Below, piece after piece: positions 40,894 through 54,594 of a stretch of DNA of 64,000 nt (its first letter is position 1; each line of letters begins with the position of its first letter). Both the position numbers and the translations under genes were made by a program. The DNA is from Camelus dromedarius (taxonomy: Eukaryota). The notes under the pieces are model-generated. The model ran no database searches. It had not been told where the DNA came from and saw nothing but the letters and a program-made list of their open reading frames with translations. The stretch covers positions 64,358,001-64,422,000 of the forward strand of contig NC_087436.1 of NCBI RefSeq assembly GCF_036321535.1. Reading direction: 5' to 3'.

Positions 40894-41362
40894 TCTTTTT
40901 TTCCTGATTCACCCCCATCTTATTTAATTTTTTCTCTTCTGTTTTCTTTTTCCAGTCACATATATATACATATATTCATTTTCATACTCTTTTTCATTAT
41001 AGGTTACTAGAAGATATTAAATATAGTCCCCTGTGCTATGCAGTATAAACTTGTTGTTTAATCTGTTTTATATATAGTAGATAGTATCTGTAAATCTTGA
41101 TTTCCTAATTTATCCCTTCCCACTACCCCCATCCTTGTAACCATAAGTTTGTTTTCTGTCTGTGAGTCTGTTTCTGTTTTGTAAATAAGCTTATTTGTGT
41201 CTCTTTTTTAGATTCCACATGTAAGTGATATATGTTATTTTTCTTTCTCTTTCTGGCTTCGCTGAGAATGACAAACTCCATGTCCATCTATTTTGCTGCA
41301 AATGGCATTATTTGATTATTTTTATGAATGAATAGTATTCCATTACAAATAAATAAATAAAT

Positions 41363-41402
<40 letters not shown>

Positions 41403-42091
41403 CTTCTTTATCCAGTCATCTGTCAATGGACATTTAGGTTGTTTCTATGTCTTGACTATTGTAAATAGTGCTGCTGTGAACATTGGGGTGCATGTATCTT
41501 TTCAAATTAGAGTTCCCTCTAGATAAATGCCCAGGAGTGAGATACATATGCTGTATCATATGGTAAGTCTATTTTTAGTTTTTTAAGGAATCTCCATACT
41601 GTTTTCCGTAATGGCTGCACCAGACTGCATTCCCACCAGCAATGTAGGAAAGTTCCCTTTTCTACACACCCTCTCTAGCATTTATCATTTGTGGACTTCT
41701 GAATGATGGCCAGACGTGTGAGGTGATACCTCATTGTAGTTTTGATTTGCATTTCTCTGATCTTAGCGCTACTGAGCATTTTTTTCATGTGCCTATGGGC
41801 CATTTATATGTCTTCACTGGAGAATTGCTTGTTTAGGTCTTCTGCCCCTTTTTGGATTGGGTTGTTTGATCTTTTTTATTATTAGGTTGTATGAGCTGTT
41901 TGTATATTATACAGGTTAAGCCCTTGTCAGTTGCATCGTTTGTAAGTATTTTTCCCATTCTGTAGGTTGTCTTTTTGTTTTGTTTATAATTTCCTTTACT
42001 GTGCAGAAGTTTGTAAGTTTAATTAGGTCCCATTTGTTTATTTTTACTTCTATTTCTGTTGCCTGGGTAGACTGCCCTAGAACATTGCTAG
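40894..42091 (-). mobile_element. 5'-truncated L1 (camelid-type) 3'UTR plus ORF2 3' part
   Basis: ORF 41916..42158 contains LGQSTQATEIEVKINKWDLIKLTNFCTVKEIINKTKRQPTEWEK. Exact 11-bp TSD TATTGCTAGAC at 40883-40893 and 42092-42102. Confidence 0.94.
41347..41401. repeat. (AAAT)4 plus (AC)17 compound microsatellite inside L1
   Basis: Read directly from the sequence. Confidence 0.95.
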
Positions 42092-44756
42092 TATTGCTAG
42101 ACATTTGCAGAATGTGTTGTAGATACATTTTTTGCTCATGCCTTTGGATGTATAGCAACTTTTATGATATTTTTGATCCAGTTTTTCCCTAGTGTCCAAA
42201 GTACTACTAGCTAGTAATTGAAACTCACAAGGCTCATTGCTGCTTTCTGGCCACCTGGGTGCTATTTAGAGCAGAGCCACTGTTGCCACTGCAGTTCACA
42301 CATGAATGTTCTAGAGACTGAAACTTTGCTCACATTTTTCTTTCTTTCCTCACTTAAAATATGCCAACTGTTTCAAAAGAAGCATCCTACCAAAGGACTT
42401 TACGTTCTGGAGAGAGCAAATTTCATTTCAGAAAAGTACTGCTAAGTAAGCAAAAATGTGCTGCTACCCATTCTGATAGAAACAAATAGTTAAAATTTCT
42501 CTGCGTCAAGTTCCTGGTGGAGTTTTTACCAGTAGAAAGAGTAGAATGGAATAAAATTATTTTAAAAAGTTAAAATCTATTCTTAGATAATTTAGGATTT
42601 TTTTCCATATTGTAGGTACACATACACCTATATTTATATAGATGTATAATATTTATATATATGTAGATGTGTGTATATATATATAAATATAATAGTAAGA
42701 GAAGGGTGGATTTAGGCTTCTTACTTAAAAAACTGTTGAGGGGTTTCTTTAATAATATACGAAAGTACATACAAAAACACTTCTCAGTAAATGTAGCAGT
42801 TTTAACTCATAAAACTAATTTCCCTCCCTTATGAATACCATTCAAATGACAGTAAAAAGATTTTTAGGACATAAATTCTACAACAATGGAAAAAACGAAG
42901 GAAACAATAACGAGACAACTTTGGAAGCTGGAAGGTAGATGAATGAATGGTAACTGAGCTTAGCTGAGAAGTTTCAGTTCTAAACCACTGCAGAAAGCCT
43001 AAAACCAACCCCATACAAAAGTTGAAGGGGTTGATGGTATAAGGTCCTTCTGGAGGTGGAAAATAAAATAAAATACAACAGTTGTTTGATAAGCCACAGT
43101 CACAGAGAAGCCCAGGCCCTTGAATCTACACAAGTGTTTTTGGTGTGTCTTTTATTCTTTCCCACCTCTTATGCAGTAGTATACAGTTAGGCTAACTTAT
43201 TTTCTGTTCTTGTATATAGTGTATGTAATGTAAATTATGCCTTCCTATAGGATAGTTCATTTCTGCAACTATTATAATTTTATGTATTTATTTTTTGTTT
43301 GTTTCCTTTTTGTTTTTTTGTTTTCAACAAAACCTTAGGACTATGGAGAATTACCCTCATTCAAAGAATGTATATTAATAATGAACAGTCTTACGGCTTT
43401 AATACTGATGTTTTTCAATCTTTTTTTCTTATTTTTCTAACTGTTTCCTAAGTTTTTCTTTACCCATATCCCTTCTCTATTATGTAGTTTATTTTAATAA
43501 CATGTATGAATTGAAGCCTGAAGATTACAATTAAATTATCACAGATTAACTTCTAATCTGGAATTTAAATAATAACAATGATGACAAACACAGTAATTTC
43601 TAAGAAAGATGTTTCACCCTTCATTTCCCTAATGGACCTCAAGATGCGGTTGTAAATTTCTTAGTGTTTATGATTGTTAGAATACTTCCCTTGGTAAATT
43701 GGTAAAATTTGAATGGAAAAGATTTTAATTTTGAATCTTTTTTCATTTAAAAAAATCTTCAGTGTTGAAATCTTATTATATGTGTTAACATTTTGTTCCT
43801 CTTCACTCAACTGTTTAAAAATATTATGCTCTTAATGTTAGTAAAAATCTTTATACGTATATTAACTGTTTCCCAGTATAACCAACATTACCCTTTTTTC
43901 GCTCAGTGTGCTTAGTTAGTTCTTTCAAAATAGCTAATTTTCTTTTTACTTACTGTCACCAGGACAGCAGAGCTAATTAATTTGAGTACAAAATGGCAGT
44001 TTTTAGGGGTGTCTTTTGGTGCTTTTAATTTTTGCTGTGAAATTTGAAATTAAAGAAGAAAAAAATAGCTTTAACTCTTCTTTCCTGCCTTGCCAGTGGA
44101 GAAAGGCAATTTCTACCTCTATAATTTATTCAAGTGAAGACCAAGGGTAGAAGAAATTGCTGTTTTCATCTATGTCTTACTTGTAAGCAAAATTTTAGTC
44201 AGACAATTAGACTAAGTAGTTATTCATCAAGAGACTGCCTGTATGTCTGTCACTGCTGTTGGTATATTTATATCAAACCAGTGTTGATTTCAACATTTTT
44301 TTAAAGTTTACAGAAACAAGTTTGAGGCATGTGTACAAAACACTGGAACTGCATCTCTTTTATCCCTTGCAAAAAAAAAGTAGTCTTTTAAAGGAAAATT
44401 ATATATAATCATTGACCTACATCAGAGCCAAAACTCTTCATTTTCATTGAAAACATTCCATAAATCCTTCTATATTCAGATTGAGGATAGTTTGTTAAAC
44501 TAAAAGAATAATAATTCAAACCATAATTAATATTATGGCATGTGGGTTTAAAAATGTCCACATCATGTTCTCTCTGTGCATTATGAAGGATTCATTTCCT
44601 AGCATGCTCATCATTATTTCCCATTTCCCTTAAAATTCAGTCTGGTCTGTTAAGATATCTTTTTATACATATGGCAAGATAATAATAAAAATAGAAATAA
44701 TAAAAATGAAAATAACACTAGTAATAATTTGATAATGATGGTGGAGAAGAGAACAG

Positions 44757-44990
44757 TTAGCATTTATTAAATATTTGCTATGTGTAGGCATTTTGGTGGG
44801 TCTTTATGTAGGTTATCTCATTTAATCTTCACTATTAAGTAGACTAAAAAAAATTGCTTCTAATTAAAGAACTGGAGCAGAGAGAATTTAAGAACTTTTC
44901 CCAAAGTCATACAGCTAGTAAGCAAAGGAGCTGAGATTGAAATCAAAACAGTCATTTTCAAGAACTCGCCCTCACCATGACATTCTACTG
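44757..44990 (-). mobile_element. MIR SINE
   Basis: tagcatttattaaatatttgctatgtgtaggca...ttatctcatttaatcttcac...cccaaagtcatacagctagtaagcaaaggagctgagattgaaatc. Confidence 0.82.
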
Positions 44991-45784
44991 CCTCCTCCTC
45001 CTTAGTGGTCAGTTTAGTCATAAATTAAAGTAATTCTGATGATGCCATTCTTCTCAGGAATATTGAGAAAACCAGCTGTTCAGTTTCTAGTCTTTACATC
45101 TAAGAAGGAAAAAAGAAAGGTTGAAAAATAAATGTTTAGTATTTTTATTATTTTTATATGACCGTTATTATAATGGTCATATTAATAGGCCAGTGAATAA
45201 GAAATTGTTTTAAAAGCTAACTTGAAACTGGCTTTTTATCCAAGTATTGCTCTCTCCTGCTGTGGCCTAGAATTCCCCAAATTCAGGAAATGATGCGGTC
45301 TCACATTCTTCAGACCTTATTCTGCTGTCCTATTTCATCTTTGCCACATGTCTTCCCTAATTTAAAACCCTAACTTATTCTTCCCTGACTCATTTTATTT
45401 TTTCACATCTTCCCAATAAATGAATCTTTACTTAGCAGTTTTCGTTTTCCAAGAGGCCATCCTAGTCACTGTGTGTTAGCCCTTTCAAAACAAGATAACT
45501 TTAAAAAAATGAAAAAGAAGGGTTATTTTCAAGTAGAGCCATGTGGTCACAACTCTAGAATTTAAAGAGATTTTAACATGAATTGATTTGGCAACACAAA
45601 AATTTTCTATCATCTTTCATGAAGTTTGAATTTTAGGATGTAATACTTATAGAAATACTCTTTGTGGATTTTTCCAAAGATAAAATGATAAAACATTCAT
45701 CCTTCAGGAACTGATACAGTCCCCTCCATCATTAACCTCTACTTATTTGCTAGTAATTGGTATTTGGCTTGCCCCGATCTTAAT

Positions 45785-46560
45785 AATTTCAGCAAATATT
45801 TATTATGTTCCTAGCATGTGTTAGACATTATGCTAAGGGATAGGGAGAAGATATTGTCTAATGAAGAAGACAAACATTCAAATAATAACCCCAAGAAGAA
45901 TATTACTCATCTGATAGAAGTGCTCTGAGCAATAGGAGCACAATTCTAAAGAGTGTTTAACAAAGGAATCTGAGCTAGTCTGGGTGGTTGGGGTGTGTCG
46001 GGAAGAATCACCCTAAAAGAAACCTGAGCTGAAATGCTGGAGAAGGCTCAGGAGGCATATGGAGGTGAGCTGGGAATAGGATTGAAGAGGAGGAAAAGTA
46101 TGGCCAGTATCTCTTTCAAGGAACTTAAAAGACTTCATTTATAATATGTGGCTGGTGCTCACAGTATAAGGCAGTGAATGAGTCCACAGTGAGGCTAGAG
46201 ATACAAGAATGTCACAGGTCATGCAGGGTCCTCCTGGTGACATTAGCACTTTGGTTTAAACCTAAAAACAAATGGATCTAAGCAATGATAAACTAATTTG
46301 TTAGATTTGCATTTTGAAAAGATCTAGCTTCAGAGTGGAGTTTGAGGGCAGAATATCAAGAGTCACTATCCAAATTGGAGTCAGGAAATAGCTCTTGTAG
46401 ATGCCTAGAGTCTAAGAGAAGGACAGTAGCAGTTGTATAAGTAATGGTCGGTGAGATATAAAGTATGAGGCCATGAGATATGTTCAAAATGAGTCCTTTT
46501 TTTTTGGCTTGTATTACACAGTATATATATATTAATAGTAAAAAAGGAAAACTGGGAAGA
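45785..46560 (-). mobile_element. L2 remnant
   Basis: tcagcaaatatttattatgttcctagcatgtgttagacattatgctaaggga...gaggctagaga...aggtcatgcagggtc...agatttgcattttgaaaagat. Confidence 0.75.
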
Positions 46561-46612
46561 GGTTCAGATTCAAGCAGAAGATTTATTCAGCAAATATTAT
46601 TGAGTGCCTACT

Positions 46613-46818
46613 CAAGCCCTTCTCAACCTGGTTTTCTTGAAAGAGTTAAGCCCTAAGTACCTCTCAAGGCATCCATTGTATATATTGAATTACCTCTTTC
46701 CTATGTATCTAAAATGATACCGGTCTTGTGACATCCTTGGAAGAACTGAGGAAATAGTCATTCAAGTCACTTTATGTAGGGTTTCATTATCTTGGAGAAT
46801 CCTGGTTGAGAAAGACTG
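46613..46818 (+). mobile_element. Non-autonomous hAT-Charlie element (MER105-like) inserted in an L2 3' end
   Basis: Imperfect TIRs caagcccttctcaacctgg...cctggttgagaaagactg, ~205 bp. Interrupts the L2 motif tattgagtgcctact|tatgccag. Degenerate 8-bp TSD tgcctact/tgctttat. Confidence 0.75.
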
Positions 46819-47292
46819 TGCTTTATGCCAGATACTATTTTACCTGTGTCTTGAATATAATGAATATGAGACATCTTTAAGCATTTGAAGTAAAGAAAAA
46901 TCATTGCCATGACAAAATTAACCATAACAACTTAACTGTGTTTAACAGTTAAGATACCACAGAAACAGCTTATATATTTTGTTATGTAGAGTTAAGAAAT
47001 TCCTTTTAAAAACTTGTAAAACATCTCCTTAATAGTAGATATGTGCCATTAATGTACGCTTTCTCACATGCTTCAGAAATAAGGTTTTTGCTTCTTATGT
47101 ACTTGCAGTTCTTTTTGAAGTATGCATAGCTTATTATTTTTGAAGTAGAAAACTAGGAATTATTTTGAAAAATTGCCTGTATGGTGATGAAGACCCAAAA
47201 TGAAAATGTTGAAAATAAAATGTAGAAAATGAAACAGTGACATCTAAACTTTGAAATTTAAATGTAATTACATTAAGATAAAGTATTGTTTT

Positions 47293-47455
47293 TCATCCAG
47301 TCATTCAGTACTTATTTATTTAGTGTTTGGTATATGCCAAGTAGCATTTATGACACTGTCATAAAGCAGTGAACAAAGTAGATAAAATAAATGTTTGTGG
47401 GTAGGGTAGGTCAGATTGCTATTTATATAAGGTCTTCAGAAAAGTTCTCATTAAA
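47293..47455 (-). mobile_element. L2 3'-end fragment
   Basis: tcatccagtcattcagtacttatttatttagtgtttggtatatgccaagtagc...aaagcagtgaacaaagtagataaaa. Confidence 0.6.
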
Positions 47456-48141
47456 AAATTACAAACAAGATTGATAGTATTTCTTACAAATAGTATATGA
47501 ACTTTAATTTTAAAACTTTAGGTAATTTTTGCTATTATTTTGCTCTTTTTTATTAATAAACTTAAGTGTTAGAATGAATAAAGAATGTAGAGACCTGTAT
47601 ATTGGTTATAATATATATTTAAGTTTAAAAAATCTATTTATACCAACCCTAACTTAGATGTTTTACATTTTTAAAATTTGAGTATTTTTTAATTTGCGTA
47701 TAGATCATTTGTCCCTTTGCAGACCTGAAAGCCCTAATGATGGTCAGCCAGATACATAAAGTTGCATAATACAAAGCTAAGAACTTGGATGGGGTCAACA
47801 CAGGGTGATAAGAGATCACACTGGTAAAGTTCGTGGTTCAGCATAGGTGTGATGAAGGAGATGTTACAGAGAAGATATTAACTACTTGAGAGAGGAACAC
47901 AGTTGAATATATTTGTGGCTGTGGGCACTCTTGTCATATCATTAAAACTGATTTTTAAGATAATGGGAAGTAAATACATAATGGGAAGCACTGCATCAAG
48001 TGACAATATTTTCTTTTGCTCTTTTATATATTTTTTGTATATGTATACCACAGAACAAAGATTAAGCAGTTCTGCAAATGGTAACTGTTTATTAAGTAGA
48101 ACTCTAAGAATTTGCAGAGTAAATTAAGTGCCATTAAATTA

Positions 48142-48351
48142 CAGTTGACTCCTGACCAACACAGGTTTGAACTGGGTGAGTCAACTTATACGTTGAATTT
48201 TTTCAATAAATATACACATATTTATTGTGGTTGAATTTATGTATGCAAACCCCATGGATATGGAGGGCCAACTATGGGACTTGAGCATCTGCAGATTTTG
48301 GTATCCATGAGGACCTGAAACCCATCCCCCATGGATACTGAGGGATGACTG
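48142..48351. mobile_element. TcMar-Tigger MITE (MER8/Tigger2-derived)
   Basis: Termini cagttgactcctga...tgagggatgactg flanked by TA on both sides (48140-41, 48352-53). Internal ggacttgagcatctgcagattttggtatcc. Confidence 0.9.
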
Positions 48352-51300
48352 TATATTTCCTAAGAATGTTATAGTTTTGAGTAGTTGTTTACAAAGCCTT
48401 TTATTTCACTTCATCTCAAATTAGAAAACTGGGTAGAGATACTAAATAATTTCTCACTTTAAAAATGTATAAGAATCAAGAACCCTTTTTTACATGATTT
48501 AATGATTTATTTTATTCAGAAATATTACTGTTTTAGTGATTAAATGAATGTTTTACACAGAGTAAGTTTTGTCTATGTCTTCAGCTCCATTTCCTCTCCT
48601 CTAAATACCTACTTATTTGGATTAAGTCACTTGTCATCAAGCATTTATATTTTCATACAATTCATGATTCAGCATATTTCTTCAAACACAACGGCTCACT
48701 AAGAACTAAGTTGGAGTCGTAGACTGTATGCTCTTATATTCTCCTCAGACTTTTTTAAAAGATAATGTCTCTTTTGCTCTCTGTGGCATTCTCCTGTTAG
48801 TATTGTCTACCCTCTAGCAAAGTTGAAGAAGTTAAAAATGTTCTTCCTCAAGAGGGATCAAGAACAACAACAAAAAAATTAGTCATTAATTAAAAATTGT
48901 ATTTCAAGTCCAATGATGTTTCCTAATTTATGCTTATAAATGGTTTACTTTCTAATTCCATTTTCTGTTACACCTTTATGAAAGACAATTCTGGAAGTAG
49001 TTTGGTGCTGATGATCACAGGCTTTAAAGTGGTAGAAGCCTAAAGTTATTAACAATCTTTGTTTGTCAGTGAGATTACCTATATTTGATCTTCACAGTTA
49101 CTATCTTAATCTCTAAAATTGGAACAATTATATTAGATGTATAGTTTTCATGAAAGTTAAATAAAACATTTACTAGTCACCCTGCAGTGTAACTGATGTA
49201 GAGGTAGTTCACAATTGTATTTCCTTCTGATTTTTGTCATTTATTAAATTAGACATCTACCATTATATTTGAGCACCTAAAACAGTAAATACTGCATCAA
49301 TTTATGGTTTTAGTCGGGGTTTGCCCTTTTCCAAAGAAATTGGAAAACCCCTCTCTCCTGTGTTGCTTCTGATTAATATTAATATTTATATTGTTATTTC
49401 CCTCATATATCAAGGGGCATAGTCATTCTGGTATTCTGTAGAATTTTTCATCTTTACTAGACCCTGTATTCATTATACCTTATTTTAAATTTATCTTTTC
49501 TTCTTGTGCCTTGTGAAAAATAATAGTCATCTTTCCTTAAGTGTTCACACATTTTCCTTTAGAGCTGGTACATTGGTAACTATTAATAACAAATTCTAGC
49601 TCTTGGTATATTGGAATTATAATAACAGATTGCACAGAAAAAAAGTACAGAGTAAGCGGCAGCATTTGGCTACTTCAAAGTGAACAGTACCCTCCTTTAG
49701 CCCACTCTGCTGGCTTACTTATAGCCTTAATTTCCCAATCATTTAAACCTTTCTTTTTTGCATTAAAGTTTGTTTTAAAATATGAACACATTACTTTAAA
49801 GATTATCTTTGTGTCACTATCATATATTTTGTGATTGGGTGGGACAGAGCTGGAAGAGAGGAAAAGAGGAGATGCAAAAACAAGGGTATGTAGGTAGGAA
49901 GTAAACCTGGGTAACAGTGACTCTTCAACCAAATCTGCATATTTCATGGTGGCTGCCCTTGGAGTTAACTTGATAGCATGGTAGGAAGAATTACATAGCC
50001 TAATAATAATGAGGAAAATAATAGTAGCTAATGAACAGCATACCTATGCACAACTTAATGATTAGTAGGACAAAAATAATGCATGTTTCAGATTCTTTGA
50101 CAAAGTATTTGTTTTAAAACAAAGGAGTTCTTGGAGAATAATGAGTATTTATAATGTGGTTTACTCATGACTGAGTTCATTAAGCAATTTCATATAACAA
50201 TCTCACTGATGATAACTTCAGTTTAATTATAAGTGAACAGTAAGAGTTTAAGTCACATTTTGACATCTTAACCTGCCTACTTGGAAAATTTTGGTATGGT
50301 TCCCTATCATGAAAGATGGTCGGTTCTTTTCTCTCATGGATTATTCTTTCTATTTGTTGTTGTTGTTATTCTTTACGTTTCGAGGGCAGTGTTCCTTTCT
50401 CAAAGAGATGGCTGTTAAGGAGGTTGGGAACTGCTTTGCCAAAACTCAGCTTTTCCTGCTTCAAAATACAGCTTAGGGACAGCTAAGAATCCTCGTATTA
50501 AAGAATTTGAAATTGGACCTTGCTTTTTTTGATAGTATATAAAATGCCTGGAGAATAAGTGTTGCCACAGCATAGTAGTGGTTCTTTCTGTTTATATTAA
50601 GCCTCTTCCTACAAAGCAAATACAACCTTGTCTGCATGAAAGCCTCTGAGTCTTTGAAATGTGAGATCTTGCTACCTCACTCGGCTAACAAATCGATGCT
50701 GAAAAGACACATGAGACTTTGTGAGACTGATATGATTTGCAGATAAGCAAGGTGAGAATGAGTGAAACCTACTATATACAGATGGCGATTCTCTTAAGGA
50801 AACTTTTTGCCTTTAAAGTGCCATGGAGATAGAAAACATTCATTTTCATTTTCTGAAAGAACAGCTGGTAATGTTCACAAACGATTGATACTGGTATTAT
50901 CAGAAATTGTAGGGTGAAATGTATATTTTCATAGTGATACAGTGAGGTTAGTTATTTCTATCTCCATTGTCACTTAATTTGTGAACTTGCAGTTCAACAA
51001 CATATATCTTTCATAGTTTTTGGGGGCCATAAATTATTAGTATCTGAAGTTGTACTTCATGTTTCTCCTCCATCTTTAAAAAAATCGAAGTAATTTCAAT
51101 TCATCCAAAAATCAAAATGTGGATTGCCAGAATCAGAGTCATTTGCATTGAACATGTGTCCTAATTGTATCCATGTGTTGGCATGATTTCTGTAGAGACT
51201 AATTCTAATCAATTCTGTCTAAACATTCTGGATTTCCCATAAATTACTATGCTAAGTCCTCGACAGAATTCCTGCCAATCTTTGGCAAATGCCTCCCAGT

Positions 51301-52546
51301 ACTACCATTTTAACACCCAAGAGTGAGAGCAACATGACAAATCTTTTCATCTATGCATTTTGCATACCCACTTTATTTAAATGTGAAAGATATTACTCCT
51401 GTGAAATCTGTACTTTAAGGGTATTACACTTTTCATGGATTATGTTTTACTGTGTAGATTGGAACAGTATATTATCCCAATTTTCTGAACTGAATTGACA
51501 GTTGAATTATTAGAATATGTTTATACAAATGTAATATTCAAGCATACTTTAACCCTTCCAACAAATAACAATGCTTCTCAAAAAGTGAAGTAACTTTTTT
51601 ACTGTTGACATTATTATAATTTCAGATATGTAATATTATTCATGACATTTCTGTTTTAAATATAGGTCTTTTTACTGCAAGAAATAAGATCTTAGTAAAA
51701 ATAGCTTGATTGAAAAAGAAAATTTTTGTAAAATATATTGTGTCATCTACTGAATTCACATTTTCCTGGAACAAAGAACTGTATAAAGGCATTAGGGACT
51801 CAGTAAGCTGTGTGTCTTTCCCTGTTCCACTAACTTTCTCATTATTTTTTTTCCCTTATTCTCTTTATAATTCCTTTTTTCACTTATTTTTCTCAGTGTT
51901 AAATGTTTCTTACAGCTAATGTGTGGAAATGGCCAAAAAATCCCATTGAAATTCTGTTTACATGTCTGCAGTTCAAGAAACTAGCCAAAGCTGGCTAGCC
52001 AAGTACCCAGGAAAGAACATTTGAGTTAGATTATAAATCTTGATCACAAAGTAGATACATGAATATTTGAAAAGTGACTATATAAATATGGAGCTTTTTT
52101 TATGAACAGGGATGTAGGTGGTAGTTCACAAAGAATAAGTGGGCAGGCACTCTGAAAGATGTCTACTTATATTATCATTTAGAGGATTTAGAGGATATTG
52201 TTTTCAATCATTAAACTTTGATGGTTGAAATAGTATGATAGTTTTTTTCTTCATTAGCCACCTTCCTAGCCTAAATAATTCTGAATGCTAAGTAAATATT
52301 TATTGCATGATTAAATGAATGAAGTAATGGCAGGCATACCTATCAGTATCTCAGATTATGCTGATAATTCCATTGTTTTCCCATCTCCCAAGCTAAAAAC
52401 TGTGACAGTAATCTTTGACTAGCCCTTATCTTTCATACTTCTTTAGTACACCCTCAGAGGTTTTACCTTCATCATGCTTAATGAATTTGTACCTTTCTCA
52501 AAATTTCCAGTGGCATCTTCCTACCTAAACCTGACTTCCCCTAAAT

Positions 52547-52819
52547 CAGCACTTTCTAAATTCAGTTTTGTGGAATAGTCATATCCAGTGAGATATTAAT
52601 GAGTGTTCTGGGGAAAAACAATAAAAAGTTTCCACTTTCAAATAAATTTAAGAAAGCTGCATACTCTGTCACCCCTTGGAGATTCACAGTGTACATTAGT
52701 GCTTTGAGAAGTTCTGTAATAAAGAAACCTGTTTAATGTTGATTAGCCTAGCACTTCTTTAAAGCATTTGACCATGAATTATTTATGTCATGTCATAGAT
52801 CAGTGTTTGGGAAATGCTG
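52547..52819. mobile_element. Non-autonomous hAT-Charlie element
   Basis: Imperfect TIRs cagcactttctaaa...tttgggaaatgctg; internal cccttggagattcacagtgtacattag...taaagaaacctgtttaa. Confidence 0.65.
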
Positions 52820-54074
52820 AGGTGGAGTATTAGAAGGAATTCTTAACTGCTTTCTCTTAGTTTAGTGTCTTTCTGAGTCTGCATTCTATACATTACTGTT
52901 GAAATAATTGTTATGAACTAGAACCATGTAATGGTCATGTAGAAAGTGGTTACTAATCCTGTTGACTAGATTTACTACCTAGAGAAACAAGAAAATGAGT
53001 TTAATTAAAATCAGAAATTACTTGCTAGAATGTGACATTTGTTAGTTACTTAAAATAAGCTTAAGGTAATTTCAAAAAGAGTAATGTAACTAATATTGTT
53101 TTACTTAAAAGCTATTATTTACATCCTTATATCAACAAGGCACCTATAAGAAACTATGAAACAAAATACCTAGACAACTTCTTGTAACACACACCAACTC
53201 AAAGATATAATTGCTAATAGGACAAATCAAACTATTAATTTTGATCATTGCTTCTTTAATTTGCCCATATGTATATTATTTTATTTTAAATGAAGATACT
53301 GGGAAATATTTTCCAATTTTAAATTCCTACCAAGGAAAATATTTATTTATTTTGTGTACTAGAAATTTTAAGGCCATAATATTTATTCCACCTTAAATAT
53401 CATGTTTATAGAAATATTGTGAAAGTCATACTAAGAATGAGAATGTGTTATTGAGTCTTTAAATCTTCATGAGTATTAGCTTGTTCTTTTAAGTTAATGA
53501 AAGGAAGCAGTAGTCATCATCAAAGCATGTATTGTTTAAAAATCAATGAGGGAACTGCCCTCTGTGTTGCTCTTGCCACTTTATTTTTTTTCCCCTCTGC
53601 CTAGAAGCTTAGGAAGGGTCTTTGTTCAGCCTTTCGATGTACAGTCTGGTGTCATGCCTGTTAAGTCCATAATAAAAATGGAATAGCATCCCAGTCTAAC
53701 CTAGATACTGGCCCTTGATGCTTTATAACTGGAAGCTAATTATTGTTTCCCTTTTCAGAGCCTCATTACCCCCAAACAACTTTTCTGTTCTCATGCTTAT
53801 TTTATTTCTCTGGCTAAGGATAATTGCATATAGTTCTTGTTGCTTTCCTTAAAGGTGTAAATATAAATTATCAATACAGTGTAATTGTTGGCTGAGGTAA
53901 ATGACCTTTCTAGGTTTCCAGAGTGTTTTCACCTTAGTTGAGCTACCATATATATTGGGCATTAATGTATTGTATGTGAATTCACATTATTAACAATAAT
54001 TTAAAAGGCTCATTCCTTTTTTTTGAGGGAGTAACATTGATAACTTTTAAAGTTTAGAGCTTCCCAGTAATAAA

Positions 54075-54300
54075 AATGATGCTCATATCTTGTATTTGAA
54101 AGTGATTTATAGGTTTGTAGGTGTGCCTTCACATATGTTACCTTATTTTGTCCTTACAGCAACCCTATGAAGATCATAGATATCACTATTCCATAAAATG
54201 TAGGAATGAACTGTATATTGGAAAGTCAATTACATTGTGTCCTCATACACATAGTAAGTTTTAGAGCTAGGACTGCAAAGCAGTTTTCCTTACTCTTTTA
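54075..54300 (-). mobile_element. MIR fragment
   Basis: ccttcacatatgttaccttattttgtccttacagcaaccctatgaag...agagctaggactgcaa. Confidence 0.6.
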
Positions 54301-54594
54301 TTCCTGAAGCAGTAACATGATAAAATTGGACCCATGTTGCAGTTTTTGGTTTTAAAGAATAGTTATATGGCACATACACGTAGCCTTAAGATCTACTTCA
54401 TGTACAGTCCTAAGTTTATTTTATCTTTTGCATGCCCTTTTTATAATGCAAAAATAAAGTGAGCAGACTCCCAACATTAATGCTAATTGCAGATCACTTC
54501 CACAGTACTCTGTAAGCATACGATTTCACATATTCTAAAGGCACAGAAAAGAAACAAATATTAGTGTGTTGAAAAGTAAAAGCAATACACCAGA

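Noticed and set aside
49316..49352. Small hairpin ttttccaa-agaaa-ttggaaaa
   Set aside because: An 8-bp AT-rich stem is expected by chance in 64 kb; too short for a pre-miRNA.
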